Counted from the stretch's first letter, positions 24,801 to 38,952 are shown. The stretch is 64,000 nucleotides of DNA from Octopus sinensis (GCF_006345805.1 NC_043017.1:33852001-33916000); one strand, 5' to 3'. The notes: generated by a model from the letters alone, not told the origin. Program-made: numbers and translations.

Positions 24801-27328
24801 TTAGCAAGGTACGAAATCATCGTTTATGAAATGACATTCGTGATGTAGATGGTATAAATGTATTCCCCGCTTACATGGTTTATTGAGGCACAGCCTCTTA
24901 CATGTCATCTGAATATATAGCAATGAATTACTGGAAGTCGCTCTACAAAATTAGTTTTTCATTACACAACATTAGTTAACACATGGTATTAGAATAATAT
25001 TTATAGCAATGCACGATAGTTGAAAGTGTTGACACCAAAGAAACAAGATACCAGAAATTGGAAAATAAAAATTGTATTTCCTCTACAGGCAATCTGGCGT
25101 TCGAACCTGGTTACACAAAATTTGAGACTTACTGCAAACACCAAATTTGATTAAAAACTGCTCAGAAAATAGAACGAAACGGAATTCTTTATTTTATTTA
25201 TTTATTTATAATTTTTTTTTTTTTCGCATTTACATTTAAGTAAAGTATTCAACTTTATTCCAAATTTGTGTCTATTTTATTTGATTTTTATTTCAGAAGG
25301 CTATTTTACTATTTAACTATTTCAAAGTTTCTTCTCTTTAAGCGTGTAGTGTTAGATCTCTACAATCATTTAGCCATTATTCTTACTCTTCAGTCACATT
25401 TACATTATCAGTGTTTCCCCGTCTTTTTGTATGTGCGTTTGCATTAAGATTATATTGAATTTGTTCGATTGTTCACCGATCCTTGATGTTACTATTCGAC
25501 ATCTTATCGCTGCCAGCAAGAACTCAGCTAATCTAATATTTTTCTCGCCATTAGATTACTAAAAATGTAGAATTGCTTAAAAACAAAATGAAACAGAGCC
25601 AAGTGTTGAAGTAAAGAAATAAAAAAAATGGTGAATAATATAAAACGAGTAAAGAATTCAGTCATTAAGCAGCCACTAAATTTGCTACTTAGCTTTAGTC
25701 TTCGTCTTTTATTCATTTTCTGAGGTTTACCTGTAAATAGTTACTGCTAGAGTTAGAAGAGAAAGTAAGATACAAGAACTATGAGAGAGGAACATTCTGG
25801 TACGTCAACTTTCTACATGATATAACTTGCCCTATACACATACACGCACTCATGCACACACATCTATATACTTATAAATGTGAATTGCATTTCTACAGAT
25901 TCACTAAAGTGGCACCATGTGATATAGCTTTTGAAAGAGCATAAATTTGATGGGATATACACTGTAGCGTATGATTGTTTGCTGACTTATCAGACTTGTC
26001 TATGAGGAACCAAAAACGAGATGTGCGGTGATTGTATTCTAACAGTCAACACTTTTGCCCATCTCACCACTATTGAGTGTTCTACAATAAATCCTTTCAT
26101 AGAATGCTACAAAGTTTAGAGGGATGAGCAGAAAATGGGATCAACTTAAGTTCATTTCATAGAAATTAGAATCAAATTCAAATAAATGTTTTATCTTGTC
26201 TGAGATCTTAGATCAGAGATTGGGGTCAAAATATAGTGTTTAGTCTTTGGTTCAATGATCTTCTATTTGCAGTATTATTTGATATGATTTATAAAATAAT
26301 CGAAATATACTAAACTGGTTATTAACAATAACACAGAAGGCTATATTTTTATTATTCAAAAGAAATAGTTATTTAGTGTTTCTTAATAATGTTGTGTACC
26401 GATACGTAAATTTTATTGAATAATATCAATAGTATCAACACTGCCAATTCAGTTACTACCTGATTAGTATTGGTGAAAACTATTCGCTCTATAGTCCTTT
26501 GTTACAAGATACATACCAATTGCTGTGTTTCGTTTACTGATTTTGCTTTTAAAATTTATAATGTTCCTGTTACACTACAAAGAAGACTATTTAAATTGGT
26601 TTAAAATTATTTATCCAGAATACATAACTTAGAAATATTCAAAAGTTTCTGTTTCTAAATGTCAAACTTTGTGCTAGAAACAAAATGGCACCCACATATA
26701 TTAAAACTAAATAGTTTTAGAAACCAGACGGTTGAAAGCGAAAGTAGATTGAAGTCTTAGAAACTGAATGAATATATTAAATGAAAGAATTTTGTTTTGA
26801 ATTGAGGTAATTAACTGACTAAGGTTTTGAAATAGTAAACATTCTGATTATCATGTTTATAACAGGGCTCAAACGCAAAGCAAGCCTTTGAATTTCATAT
26901 ATTTTACGACACCAGCCACCATATCAACTGCTACTACTACTGTTGTTGCTGAAACAAAAAAATATTACTACCCGCTAATAATTTTAGGCGGTCTCCTCAC
27001 CCTCTTAATATTATTTTTCCCTGGCAGTATGATTTCAAATACTGTCGGATCAGGCTTCCTGTAGGGGAGATACTGGGGACATCTTTCCCCGTATTGTTCA
27101 CGGGACATTTTAAATGAAGGAAAAAATTGTAAATTGAAATAACTGCAATTTGACATTACATCTAGGCTATTTTAGATATTGGGAATTTTAAAAATGTTAA
27201 ATCTCCGACCCACCTCACATTGTGGTGGGATTTACAAAATCTTTAGTGATGAACGCTGCATGTTCATAGAACCTCGTGGCTACTGATAGTCTATTGGCTG
27301 GATTTACATGAAAGCCAACTTACCTAAT

Positions 27329-27543
27329 CAGCACGAAGATGCAGCACGAAATTTTGTCAGTGAACAGGTCGCGGTCTCAAAGCGACGAAAATATTTTGAC
27401 AAATTAAATTTAAATGTTGAAGTGAATCGAACGATTTTTGTGTATTTCTTAAATGGCTTATAAACACCTTCCACGCTGCAATTGTTTTCGTTCCAGCACA
27501 CGATCTCAGATCAAGTCACTCGCTATGCAAGTACATCTCCGTA
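27329..27543 (+). mobile_element. Mini-element P2, single copy with 12-bp target-site duplication
   Basis: aacttacctaat at 27317-27328 and 27544-27555 flanks the element. Confidence 0.85.
27353..27403 (+). ncRNA. Minimal type I hammerhead-like motif with variant GUGAACA core
   Basis: UUUGUCA-GUGAACA-G-GUCGC-GGUCUCAAA-GCGAC-GAAA-AUAU-UU^UGACAAA; differs from the 19.3-kb copy only in loop II. Confidence 0.6.
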
Positions 27544-27874
27544 AACTTACCTAATATTATGCATATACCTGCGCTATGGACATTATGCGGCAAATGTAAG
27601 GACAAAGGATATGGAAAATAAATTTCAGCATCTGTGAAGTCATCAACATTTCGATAATGACAAACATTATTGCATGTTATTCCTCTAGAAAATCCTGACT
27701 GGTGCTGCTAATATCTCGAGGATTACTTTTGGCTGTCGAACGCCTCAAAGAACTTGGTTATAAGATATATTTGCGAAAAATTCTGCAGGACAAAACAGGC
27801 CCTTAAAATAAATCAGGCTGAAATAAAATTATAGAAGCAGGAAGCGGATTTGTAACATGAATATGTTGAACCTA

Positions 27875-28093
27875 TCGGCGATCTGGCAGAAACGTTAGCA
27901 CGTCGGGCGCAATGCTTAGCAGTATTTCGTCTGCCGCTATGTTCTGATTTCTGAGGTCGACTTTGCCTTTCATCCTTTCGGGGTCGATTAAATAAGTACC
28001 AGTTACGTAGTGGGGTCGATGTAATCGATTTAGTCCCTTTGTCTTCTCTTGTTTGTCCCCTCTATGTTTAGCCCCTTGTGGGCAATAAAGAAT
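27875..28093 (+). mobile_element. SINE family B with 17-bp TSD
   Basis: tgaatatgttgaaccta at 27858-27874 and 28094-28110. Confidence 0.9.
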
Positions 28094-29064
28094 TGAATAT
28101 GTTGAACCTAGTATAACAGAGGATAAGCTCTGCTGCAAATCAGTGTTAGAGAGAGGTAAGATAAGATTTAACGCTGCTTAGACGTGGATGTTCTGTTAGA
28201 GAAAACTATGCCGCAGTAGTTACCTTGAGGGAAATTTTTATATTGGGTTTTTGGTGCAACATGCACTTTTGTTTATGTCAGTATGGGAGAGATAAATTCC
28301 CGCTGCCTCCAGCGCCGAAACCACCAGACAACGTAATTTTGACCTGTTTAGCTTTGTCAATGATGGACGATCGACCGGTAGAGGCGACAGCGATTCATCT
28401 GCCCGCCAGCGACACGTAGACTGACACTGCCAGGACAGGCACTGGTGTCACGGTTGGCCAGTTAGCTTGTTTAAAAATAAAAGTTAGTCACAGAGGTTGT
28501 ATTAAAACTGACTCTGTCGCTAACATATACATTTTAATCAGCGTTAGCATCGAGTCTCCTTTCACACACATTCTCTGCTTACCTGTAGAATAGACCAATA
28601 ACCATTAATTAAATACTATATTCAGCAACCAGATTCAACAGCTTTACGTTTAAAATGATTTTTAGCAAGACGCTTGATATACAATGTTCTCGAAAGATTG
28701 AATTTTACATTGATGGCATAGAAGAAGCCTGATTTTCAGTAGACACAGCTGCAGAGAAATCCGCTAAGTGGCTTTGGGTTAATTACATTGATTTATCAAC
28801 AGTTGTACCTGTGGTGCATGACAGTGCATCAATACGTCTGTATAATCAGATAGTCAAAGACTTCTCATGTTGAAAGACATTAAATGTCCGATTTACTCCG
28901 TTCCAACTATTGGTAATGCATACTCGTTCATTCACAAGATGTAGCATTTATAGTAAATACTATTTGTCAACATAATGTGGCAGTCCTGAATGGGACGATG
29001 GTTACTGTTTAGCTCCACGAAACGTCGTTATAAGTGATGGTTCTGTTTATTAGCTTTTATAGTA

Positions 29065-29448
29065 TCTCTCTCTATATAAACGGCAGTTTGTCTGTGTGTG
29101 TGTCTGTGTGTCTGTTAGGTTGTACCCTCACCCTGACCACGGCTTTCAACCGATTCTGATGAAACTTGATACACACATAGCCCAATGTCATAATTCAAAA
29201 CTAACGCAGCGAAAATCTTGAAAAGTTCCTCCAGTTCTGAAAAAAAATTGATAAATTCGACGTGGGGTCGAGAATCAGAAACACAAACCACAGACTGTCT
29301 AGGGGACGCAACTCGACCTTTTTAATTCTCAAAAAAATTTACCATCATTTTTTTCCCATTTTTTTGCTATTTTTTGGCTATAACTCTCTAAAAATGCTTT
29401 ATAGTTATTTCCCTTACAAACCCGAGCAACGCCGGGTGATACTGCTAG
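29065..29448 (+). mobile_element. Complete non-autonomous Helitron (384 bp)
   Basis: 5' TC after A, sub-terminal GT/CT microsatellite, 3' hairpin cccg-agcaacgc-cggg, terminal CTAG followed by T (A|T insertion, no TSD). Confidence 0.85.
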
Positions 29449-30164
29449 TTATCCATAAATGAAACAATTTAGCATGAAGTTGGGTTTAAAGTACGCTTGA
29501 CAATCAACCGACAAGTAGTTCTCTTGTCACTAGCACCAAAATTATGTCCAAAATAGAAGATATTTTTAATAATAAGGTTATTCTAGCTTCAAAATATATG
29601 CCAAATTTATGTGTGGGAGAATCTTAGACTTGCCGCGGTGGTTTCTGATCTCTGGTTTATTCTGACGTTCCAATACTTGTGAACCTTTAGCAGCCTACAA
29701 TTTTGCAAACATTTTGACCTGGTCTACCATTAAATATAATGTTTACAATTTATTCTCTTTCGTTCCTATTTACGTTCTGAGTTCAAATTCCACAAACATG
29801 GATATTCAAAGTCGATGAAATAAGTAGCAGTTGTGTACTGGGTCGATATAATTGACTTTCCCTTTCTCTCAAAACTCTTGAAGCTTTGCGTCAATAATAG
29901 AAAAGCTTATTTCACTAGTGTCGAATACGATGAAATGTTCATTGTATCTGATCTTTCATTTCCGAGTGACTGGCGTTAAAAAAGAAAACAAATATAAATA
30001 ACCTGATTCTAATAAATCATAAATATCCAAAATTAGCTTTATCTTCTGTCTGCTTAACGTCACGAGAATTAGGGTGGGATGTGAGCAGCATAAAAGGTTT
30101 TAAATTGAAGAATATTTAATCAAAACGTTATTAATTTAAAAGTTATTATTAAATGTAAGGACAA

Positions 30165-30350
30165 TCGTTAGCACTCCGGGAAGAATGTTTAGTAGCATTT
30201 CGTCCATCCTTATGTTCTGACCTTAAATTCCGCCGAGGTCAACTTTACCTTTCATTCTTCCGGGGTCGATAAAAAAGGTACCAGTGAAACACTGAGGTCG
30301 ATGTAAACGGTTGTTTCTCTCCCCCAAAATTTGATGCCTTTAATAGAAAG
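30165..30350 (+). mobile_element. SINE family B, degenerate
   Basis: aaattccgccgaggtcaactttacctttcattcttccggggtcgat. Confidence 0.7.
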
Positions 30351-30679
30351 GATTATTAAATGTAAGGGTAATGAATTGTTTTCAAAACATTGTACTAGTT
30401 TTTATATTTGACATTGAAATGGCTTATAGTCTGTGCACGTCTTGGATTTAATACAGTCGTTTCAGTATTTGGTGGTGTATATCTCTTCTATATTTGATGT
30501 AACGACAGATAAACTCTCACTCGAAGCCATCGAGACTTTTTTTTTAGATTCTCATTAGCATAGTTTAAACTATATTTTATTAGAAGTAAATTAGTCATAC
30601 ATGTATCCATCATTTTAGTAGTTAAACTCACTGAATATGCCGATGCAAGATGTACCTAATCATTTTAGTTTCAAATGTT

Positions 30680-30895
30680 GACACAAGGCTAGAAATGTCG
30701 AGGTCGAACTAAGTCGATTCGATGATCGATTCGATGATCGATTCGATGATCGATTCCAGTGTTGAACGGTACTTATTTTATCGACTCCGAAAGGATGAAA
30801 TGCCAAGTCATTTGAACTTATAACGTAAAGTCGGAAGAAATACCATTACGCGTTTTTCCCGGCACAGCAACGATTCTGCTAGCTCACCGCCTTAA
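30680..30895 (-). mobile_element. SINE family B, degenerate, with a 12-bp unit amplified three times
   Basis: (tcgattcgatga)x3 inside the gtcgattacatcgac region. Confidence 0.65.
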
Positions 30896-32964
30896 CATAC
30901 CTATTCATATTAGAGAATATATGCTCCTGATGAAAATAAGGGAGACATCTCTATAAATTTTCAGGATTATTTTATTTCGATTCGGTCTCCAAAGACTTTC
31001 CTTTCAGACTTTCCATTCTTTAGATCACTGTTATTCTTCTAAAGTTGTGAGAGAGATGTAATTTATATGATTCTATTATATTTAATATAATCTAGTTCGT
31101 TGCTCACTGATACACATATTGAATGGTAACCTTCATTGAATTTGTTTGGTTCATTATGACCGTCAAATTGTTTTGTCATTTTGCAAAACAGTTATTCAGT
31201 GTGTAAATTAAGCGCTTTTTTTAGAGAAATAATTCGTCATTAAACGCGAAAACGAGATAGGTAAACTATGTTTGGACGCAGATACGAAATAATATAGTTT
31301 TTTTTAATTGTAGAAACGTTGGAATGCTTTGGCTTGAGCAGAGGAAATGTAGAAATGATAGTCGTTGAAGTTAAATATATATATATATGATGATTTTTGT
31401 AAGAAGCAATATGTTATGAGACAACTTCTTTCTTTACGCTAATTCCTAGACTGATAACATATCGTTAACTAAGCAGGTAATAAATTGCAGGTAAAAAACT
31501 AGGCAGGTAAAATATTGTCTATTTTTTCGTGGCTGTTTTTATGTTTTTAAAAATGGAACTAAAGACAAAGGCAACAATAATTGTAAAACGTTCTACTATA
31601 TCAATAAAAACAAAGTTCTCGAAAATATAGACTAAAAATGGAAAACCTAGAAGAAGAGTCAGATGTAAAAGAGTCGCAGAAACTTTTTTTGTGTCGCAAA
31701 TAAAACATAAATGTCATAAAAGAATATGTTTTTTAGTTCTATTTGTGTTTCTTATTCGGAAATTCTTAAATAAGAATTCTTGCAATTACTATCTTCTTTG
31801 CATTTCTTTTCATCTTTCTCTCAATGCCAGATGATTGTAAATGTTGAACAAGAAATTTCCATGGCAGTGAAACGTATTTATTCTTTATTTATAGAAGCCT
31901 TTGTATTGTCCATTCTTTCTTACTATATATAAAAATAGTATTTATGTCCGTTAACATATGGAATAGCTTTAGCAGTGCTTGTGTATGTATGGCTATGTAA
32001 GTAGCGATAGATATATTTGTTCGAAAGTTTAGAAGACAGAAGTACAAGAATCTTACCATTTGACAGGCAATGGTCACAGTAAAGAAATTCAGGTAAAACG
32101 TTCACCATGCTCGTAGGTAGGGGTTATAATGATTAATGATAATTGCGGTCACTATGCTAATGAGGAGTGATAATAATTTTCACATTTTCATATTTCACAA
32201 TATCAATGACTTCACTTAATGTGCAAACGACCAATTCTTGTATAGATACCAGTCATTGATATCGTTAATATTTTATTTCATTTTATGAAGGTTTTGATAA
32301 TTACAATGTTCAATACTTCAATCGCAGTCAACATCGATATAAATTTCACTATTTTGATATAGGTATTTTGTTCTCCGTAAATGTGTCAGTTTTTTTTTAT
32401 TTAAGAGAAAATTATAAGTAAATATTATCCCTTGCTCTAGTTTTTATAACTCTGCTAAAGTATCAAATGGAAGTAGATGCTGTAATGACGATTTACAGCA
32501 GCACTTTTACCATGTTCCAGAACAGAGCTTTTCGCATGTCACATGGGACTTCAATACGAAACTAGTCTTAGATGATGTTAAAAGTACTTTTAATGGAATG
32601 ATTCAAGCCTTGTCTTATTCAAATTAAATATAAATTTCTTGCTAAGTAGTTTGCTTTGGATTTTTAAGTGTGATCGTTCTAAAATTCATTAGATTTGAGA
32701 AGAACAATGTAAGAGACAGCATCAATCTCTGAAGAATCTCTATTCTCTTCCGTTGGACCAGTCCACAGTATCGTTTCAACCTAATTTGCACACTATACAG
32801 AGCATTTGGTTGTATAATGAGAATGAAATTAAAATATCTCTTCTGAATATGCAAATAATATCTGTAACAGATTCAAAGTGCTCTCTTCTGCATAAAGTAC
32901 AATTGCATTCAATTTTTGGTACAATGTCAGCAATTTTTCGAGAGAGAATAGGTTGATTTGGTCA

Positions 32965-33122
32965 ACACCGGTACTCAACTGGTACTTTATTTCATCGACC
33001 CCCATAAAGGATGAAAAGCAAACTCGAACTCGGCGGACTTTGAACTCAGAACGTAAAGATGGGCAAAATGCCGCTAAGCATTTTGCTCGGCATGCTAACG
33101 ATTCTGCCAGCTCGCTGTCTTA
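32965..33122 (-). mobile_element. SINE family B, 5' part
   Basis: ctcggcggactttgaactcagaacgtaaag...ctgccagctcgc. Confidence 0.75.
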
Positions 33123-33484
33123 ACATAAACCACAGTTAAGTAGCTCTCTGAGGAAGACGAAACTTATAAACTGGTTACTCGAAAATTTATCAGTGTATCA
33201 GAATAGAAATCAGGAACACGATATGTAAAGAATCAGCTGTATGTTACTCAGATGCTTAAAATCCAAACAGCGATCTTAGCGACAAAGAAGAATAGATATC
33301 GAAGATAATTTCAGAACTGACGTAGATTCTCTAAATAGAGAAATTAAGGAGACAGTAGTAAAATACGTAAGTTCGAAGCTTGAAGAGGAAATTTTTATGA
33401 TGTGAATATCCTTATGTAATTATCATCTGAACTGTTTTCCCACTGCTTGTAACAACTTTGTTCACACGATCCGTAATGAGATGA

Positions 33485-33690
33485 CAGAGCTCATGCACGA
33501 ACCTGCCCACAAAAGCAGTATGTGGTGCCAACAATCACTGTCGAAGGGGAAACCCTAAAAGCTTGTGATAAGTTCACGTACACAAGCAGCACACTCTCCA
33601 GATCTGTAAACATTGACGACGAAGTAGACAAAGGTTGCAAAGGGAAGCTACGTGAATGATTATGGGAAAGGAGCGGCATTATGCTGGTCA
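33485..33690 (+). pseudogene. RTE-BovB-like LINE RT C-terminal fragment
   Basis: TCPQKQYVVPTITVEGETLKACDKFTYTSSTLSRSVNIDDEVDK (cf. VDKFTYLGSTLSR...IDDEV). Confidence 0.75.
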
Positions 33691-33979
33691 CCATTCATAT
33701 TATCTACTAACATGAAGGTATAGGTTACACTGATAATAATGTACTAAATATACATTTCTTAACAAGCTACCTTTAGTGACAGAGACAAGTGTTGAAATCA
33801 GAATGCCATAAAACAATCACCAGGAAAGTCTTGCTTGGTCAGTAACAGACATACGAAATAGGAAGAAATGCAATTTTGTAGATAAAACATTAAAATTCGA
33901 TCGCGGCCAAGTTTTGAAACACCAGAGTTTTCTTAATAACCAATTAAAGTGATACCGACGTTCTCTTCTACTCTAAGCA

Positions 33980-34390
33980 CAAGGCCCGAACTTTTGGAGG
34001 AGTGGGAATTCGATTAGATCGAACCACTATGTAACTGGTACTTAATTTATCGACCCCGAAAGGATGAAAGGCAAAGTCGACATCGGCGGAATTTGAATTC
34101 AGAACGTAAAGACAGGCGAAAAACTGTCAAGTATTTCGCCCGACGTACTAACGTTTCTTATTTCTTTATTGCCCACAAGAGGTTAAACACAGAGAGGACA
34201 AACAAGGTCAGACAAGCAGATTAAGTCGATTATATCGACCCCAGTGCATAACTGGTACTTATTTAATCAACCCCGAAAGGATGAGAAGCAAAGTCGACCT
34301 TGGCGGAATTTGAACTCAGAACGTAGCGACAGACGAAATACAGCTACGCATTTCGCGCGGCGTGCTAACGTCTCTGCCAGCTCGCCGCCT
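33980..34390 (-). mobile_element. Two adjacent SINE family B copies (~33980-34157 truncated; ~34158-34390 near full)
   Basis: cgaccccgaaaggatgaaaggcaaagtcgac occurs twice. Confidence 0.85.
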
Positions 34391-35228
34391 TTGACACCGA
34401 CATTCACCAATAAATATAATAGTCTCAGGCATACCTTAGTAGTACTGAATAAGATATAGTATTGGTATATATAATAGAAACAATATGAACAGAAATTAAA
34501 TATTTTCCAGGTACTGACAAAATTAGAATTGTCCATGGCTGCTGATCTGATATGATAGCAGAAAGGCAAGTCATGTAGCAACTAGAAAAAATATAGAAGG
34601 CACAATCTACCTTCGCATGGTTGCTACAAAAGAGCATCAAGCGGCAGTCAAGAATAAGATAAATTTAGCTGCGTTTGAACGGAAATAGGGAAGATCCACA
34701 GAAGGAAGCGTTAGTATTGGTTGATTAAATACATAACTATTTTAAACTACTTGTTCTTTATTTTAACTCTACACAGACACAAATACACATACCGAAATAT
34801 ATACATGAAGATTACCATGTAATCTTACTTTCATACTGTTGCTTTATATATTTGTATCTGTGTGTTGTGGTGCATGGGTTTTGGGAAGTATATAATTCTA
34901 TTAATATATATGCGTATAATTTAATAAAGACGAACGGTAAAGAGGCTGGAAAATAAATGTAGTTAATATATAATGCCTATATGTTCACACCACTTAAATG
35001 GTCGCCTTTGGACGATGGTAACCTCATAGAGTAATTTCGTGACACCTAGCAACTATTATCGATAGATGTGTTCATTGACGCATTCACAAAACCTCACACA
35101 CACAAACACATTCCACCCCCACAAGCGCATCCATTTATTCATGCAAATAGATGTGTACGAGTCCATTTATTCATGCAATAGATGTGTACGAGTTTGTGTA
35201 GGTAGGTACACATATATATATGTATATG

Positions 35229-35290
<62 letters not shown>

Positions 35291-36180
35291 ATATATATAT
35301 ACATATATATACAAGTACAAAGTGAGAGAGAAGAAGAAGAAGAAGAAGAAGATCAAGAAGAAGAAGATCAAGAAGAAGAAGAAGAAGAAGAAGAAGAGAA
35401 GAAGAAGAAAACAATGAGAGGCAGACGCTAGAGAGAGAGAGAGAGAGAAAGAGAGATACCTAAATACATATAGATACAGCGAATGATAAAATAAGCAAAG
35501 TTGGCTAAATAATTTCTTCGCTTTTATATACATTGTGTTACTTCACTTCCCTTATTTTTTAATACTTATTTTTCCGTTTGCTTTTCCTGCAGGAAAACGC
35601 ACAGAAATAGGTGGCAAATAAAGATGATGATGATGATGATGATGATGATGAAGAAGAAGAAACAAATGAATAAACTAAACACCAACACACACCACACAAG
35701 AGAATATGTTAGTTGGAAATGGCAATGTTTTAAAGTGGTCACTGAAGCAGAATTGGTAAATAACGTGATCATTATTTTCTCTTTTATTTTCTTGGAAGTG
35801 TCTGCTGCATTTGCAGTCGTTATAACAGACAAGAAATGATCGACCTTCTTTATTTCCAAAAATATTGATTTCTCACATTTGGACTTGGCTACAAGTTTAA
35901 TTGAATCTAGACCAGTAACTGACTAGTATTTTACTTATATTATAAACCCCCGAAGGATGACCACCGAAGTTAACTCCAGTATGTATTACTCTGAGAACCC
36001 TCAAACACGCAATATTTATTGCCAGTCTATTTCTCTTGTGAATTTACAATTTTAGGAAATTAATCATTTCTTAGAATTAGAATTCATGATATTTTCTAAA
36101 GATATGAAATATGTAAAAATAAGTCAACAAATTTTATATTTTAATAAATTTAAAGAGACGTAATAACATAAATATATATA

Positions 36181-36592
36181 TACTCTTTTACTCTTTACTC
36201 TTTTACTTGTTTCAGTCATTCGACTGCGGCCATGCTGGAGCACCGCCTTTAGTCGAGCAACTCGACCCCGGGACTTATTCTTTTGTAAGCCCAGTACTTA
36301 TTCTATCGGTCTCTTTTGCCGAACCGCTAAGTGACGGGGACGTAAACACACCAGCATCGGTTGTCAAGCAATGCTAGGGGGACAAACACAGCCACACAAA
36401 CACACACACATATACATATATATATACATATATACGACAGGCTTCTTTTAGTTTCCGTCTACCAAATCCACTCACAAGGCATTGGTCGGCCCGGGGCTAT
36501 AGCAGAAGACACTTGCCCAAGATGCCACGCAGTGGGACTGAACGCGGAACCATGTGGTTGGTTAGCAAGCTACTTACCACACTGCTGCGCCT
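36181..36592 (-). mobile_element. SINE family A, full length with a short deletion in the head
   Basis: As for the other family A copies. Confidence 0.9.
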
Positions 36593-36596
36593 ATAT

Positions 36597-36681
<85 letters not shown>

Positions 36682-36685
36682 TATA

Positions 36686-36726
<41 letters not shown>

Positions 36727-36985
36727 AATCAAAATAAGCAACAAGTATATCCAAGGTAGAGTAATACAATTGTTTCATGCTACTTCATTTTATTAAAGAC
36801 TGTAAGAATTACATCAGTTTTAAAATGTTGAGGAATCTTCAGCCAGTTATAGAATTTTCCAATTAAGCGGACAATGCACATTCTTATCCCTATTTCATTT
36901 ACCAACATTATAAAGAGGGTAGATATGTAGACAGAGAGGTTGATTTCATTCTTAAGAACATGATAGTAGCATGTTCACTCTCTGC

Positions 36986-37050
<65 letters not shown>

Positions 37051-37429
37051 TATAATATAGATATATATATGTACAGTAGATATATGGGATTATATTTACT
37101 GAATAACTTGGTTACCCATAGCATCTCAGTGTATTTCAATTGGTCAAGATTACAATAAATGCTGTAGGAATGTGGATATATAATACAAATTCTTCCCTAA
37201 AACGGTTAGTAACATACTCATAAAAGATTTGAAAACTATTTTTTGTTTAAATCAACTTCACACTTCAAAAACTGCATTAAGTAATTCTCATAGACTTGCA
37301 AATACGGACACACTTGCATACTTGCATACAAAAATTCGATAGATATAGATATATATGCATACTTGTGCATGAATATATACATGAATCTAAATTGATTTAA
37401 ATACAGGTAGTAGGCTAGGTAGCTAGATA

Positions 37430-37627
<198 letters not shown>

Positions 37628-38952
37628 ACGATAGATAAACATATACACGTACTTATAAATATATATAAGTAGGTGTGTGTTTATGTATGATTGTATACAC
37701 TAACGGAAACAGATGTATATTTTACATCGTTAACTGCTGTCTCGAATTCAATAAAACAGATGAAAAACAGCACAAGTATTTAGAATATTTATACAAGAAA
37801 AATCTGTTAGGGGGGTTGGTTTCACCCCTCTCTAGTGAAGTTAACAAATTGGACCGTATTTGATTGGATATTCGGTTTATAAACGATGTATCCATCATGC
37901 CTTCTGTGTTACTTGACTACATGTCATAAAACATGTTTTGCATTTATTGCTGGTATTTTTCTAGCTTCCACCACCACTGCCGCCACCACCACCACGTTAT
38001 TCGTATTTACTCATATAGTGAGCATTAGATCTGATGCGTTTGCTTACCTTGCTTTTAATTCAACTTTTAACCCATTAGAGCTACTCCTTATTTAAAGGTT
38101 CAACAATTTTTCGCAAATTAATAATAGCGATCCTTATTATTCGCTTGAATCCCCTAATTCATATATTTTTATATACATATTATTTGTTTTATTCATTGAT
38201 ACATTAATGATTATAAAAGTTCCTAATTTCAATCACAAAAAAAGTAATAATTTCTTGTTTCGTAGATTTACGAATTTATTAATTGAAAATTCAAAAGATT
38301 TCCTGAATCACCAAGACGCTGTTCGATATAATAACCCAAAAATATTGATTACAAAGCAAAGAACTAATCATATGTATGTAAGTATGTATTATGTATGTAT
38401 ATATGTATGTATGTACGTATGTATGTGCGTGTATGTGTGTGCGTGTATATACAAATATATCTCTTCATATATATATATATATATTTATATACCGCTGCAT
38501 AAACATTGAATTTTCTGCGGGCCTTTGCTTTCTCTTTTACTTATATTCATTCGCAATATTTAACTGCTACTCGTAGAACAATATCTCCTTTTCCAGTCTC
38601 GTTCTTGACCTTAAATGAAACCTTTCCGCATTTCATTCTGATGCCAGCTCGCCGTTGCATTGAAACGCCAGACAGTAATTTCCTCTTTATCTCTACATAG
38701 TCAATAACAACTTCTCACTCTGACATTGTTAAGTTAATACCAAATCTTTTATGTCCCTTACACATTTGACCATCACGCCTTTCTCCCAAATCTCGGATAC
38801 AAACTTAATCTCTTCCAAATTTTGGCAGACTTATATAAAATTTAGGAAACAAAAACGAAACTCATATGTCTTTTTTTTATTTGTTTACTTATTCAGGAAT
38901 TATTTTCACTTAGATAGATCTACACATATATCAACGTATATACATTGATATA

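Noticed and set aside
8210-32092. Isolated plus-strand exon-like segments (8210-8252, 21706-21735, from 25091, 32067-32092)
   Set aside because: Each has plausible splice signals but phases do not chain and no homology was recognised; such matches are expected by chance in 64 kb.
25528-32108. Isolated minus-strand exon-like segments (25.7, 27.0, 32.1 kb)
   Set aside because: Short open frames with splice-like ends but no recognisable domain; cannot be supported without RNA data.
35580-35675. Strong acceptor followed by a poly-Asp/Glu frame
   Set aside because: An in-frame TAG precedes the tract, and (GAT)n/(GAA)n runs are common microsatellites here.
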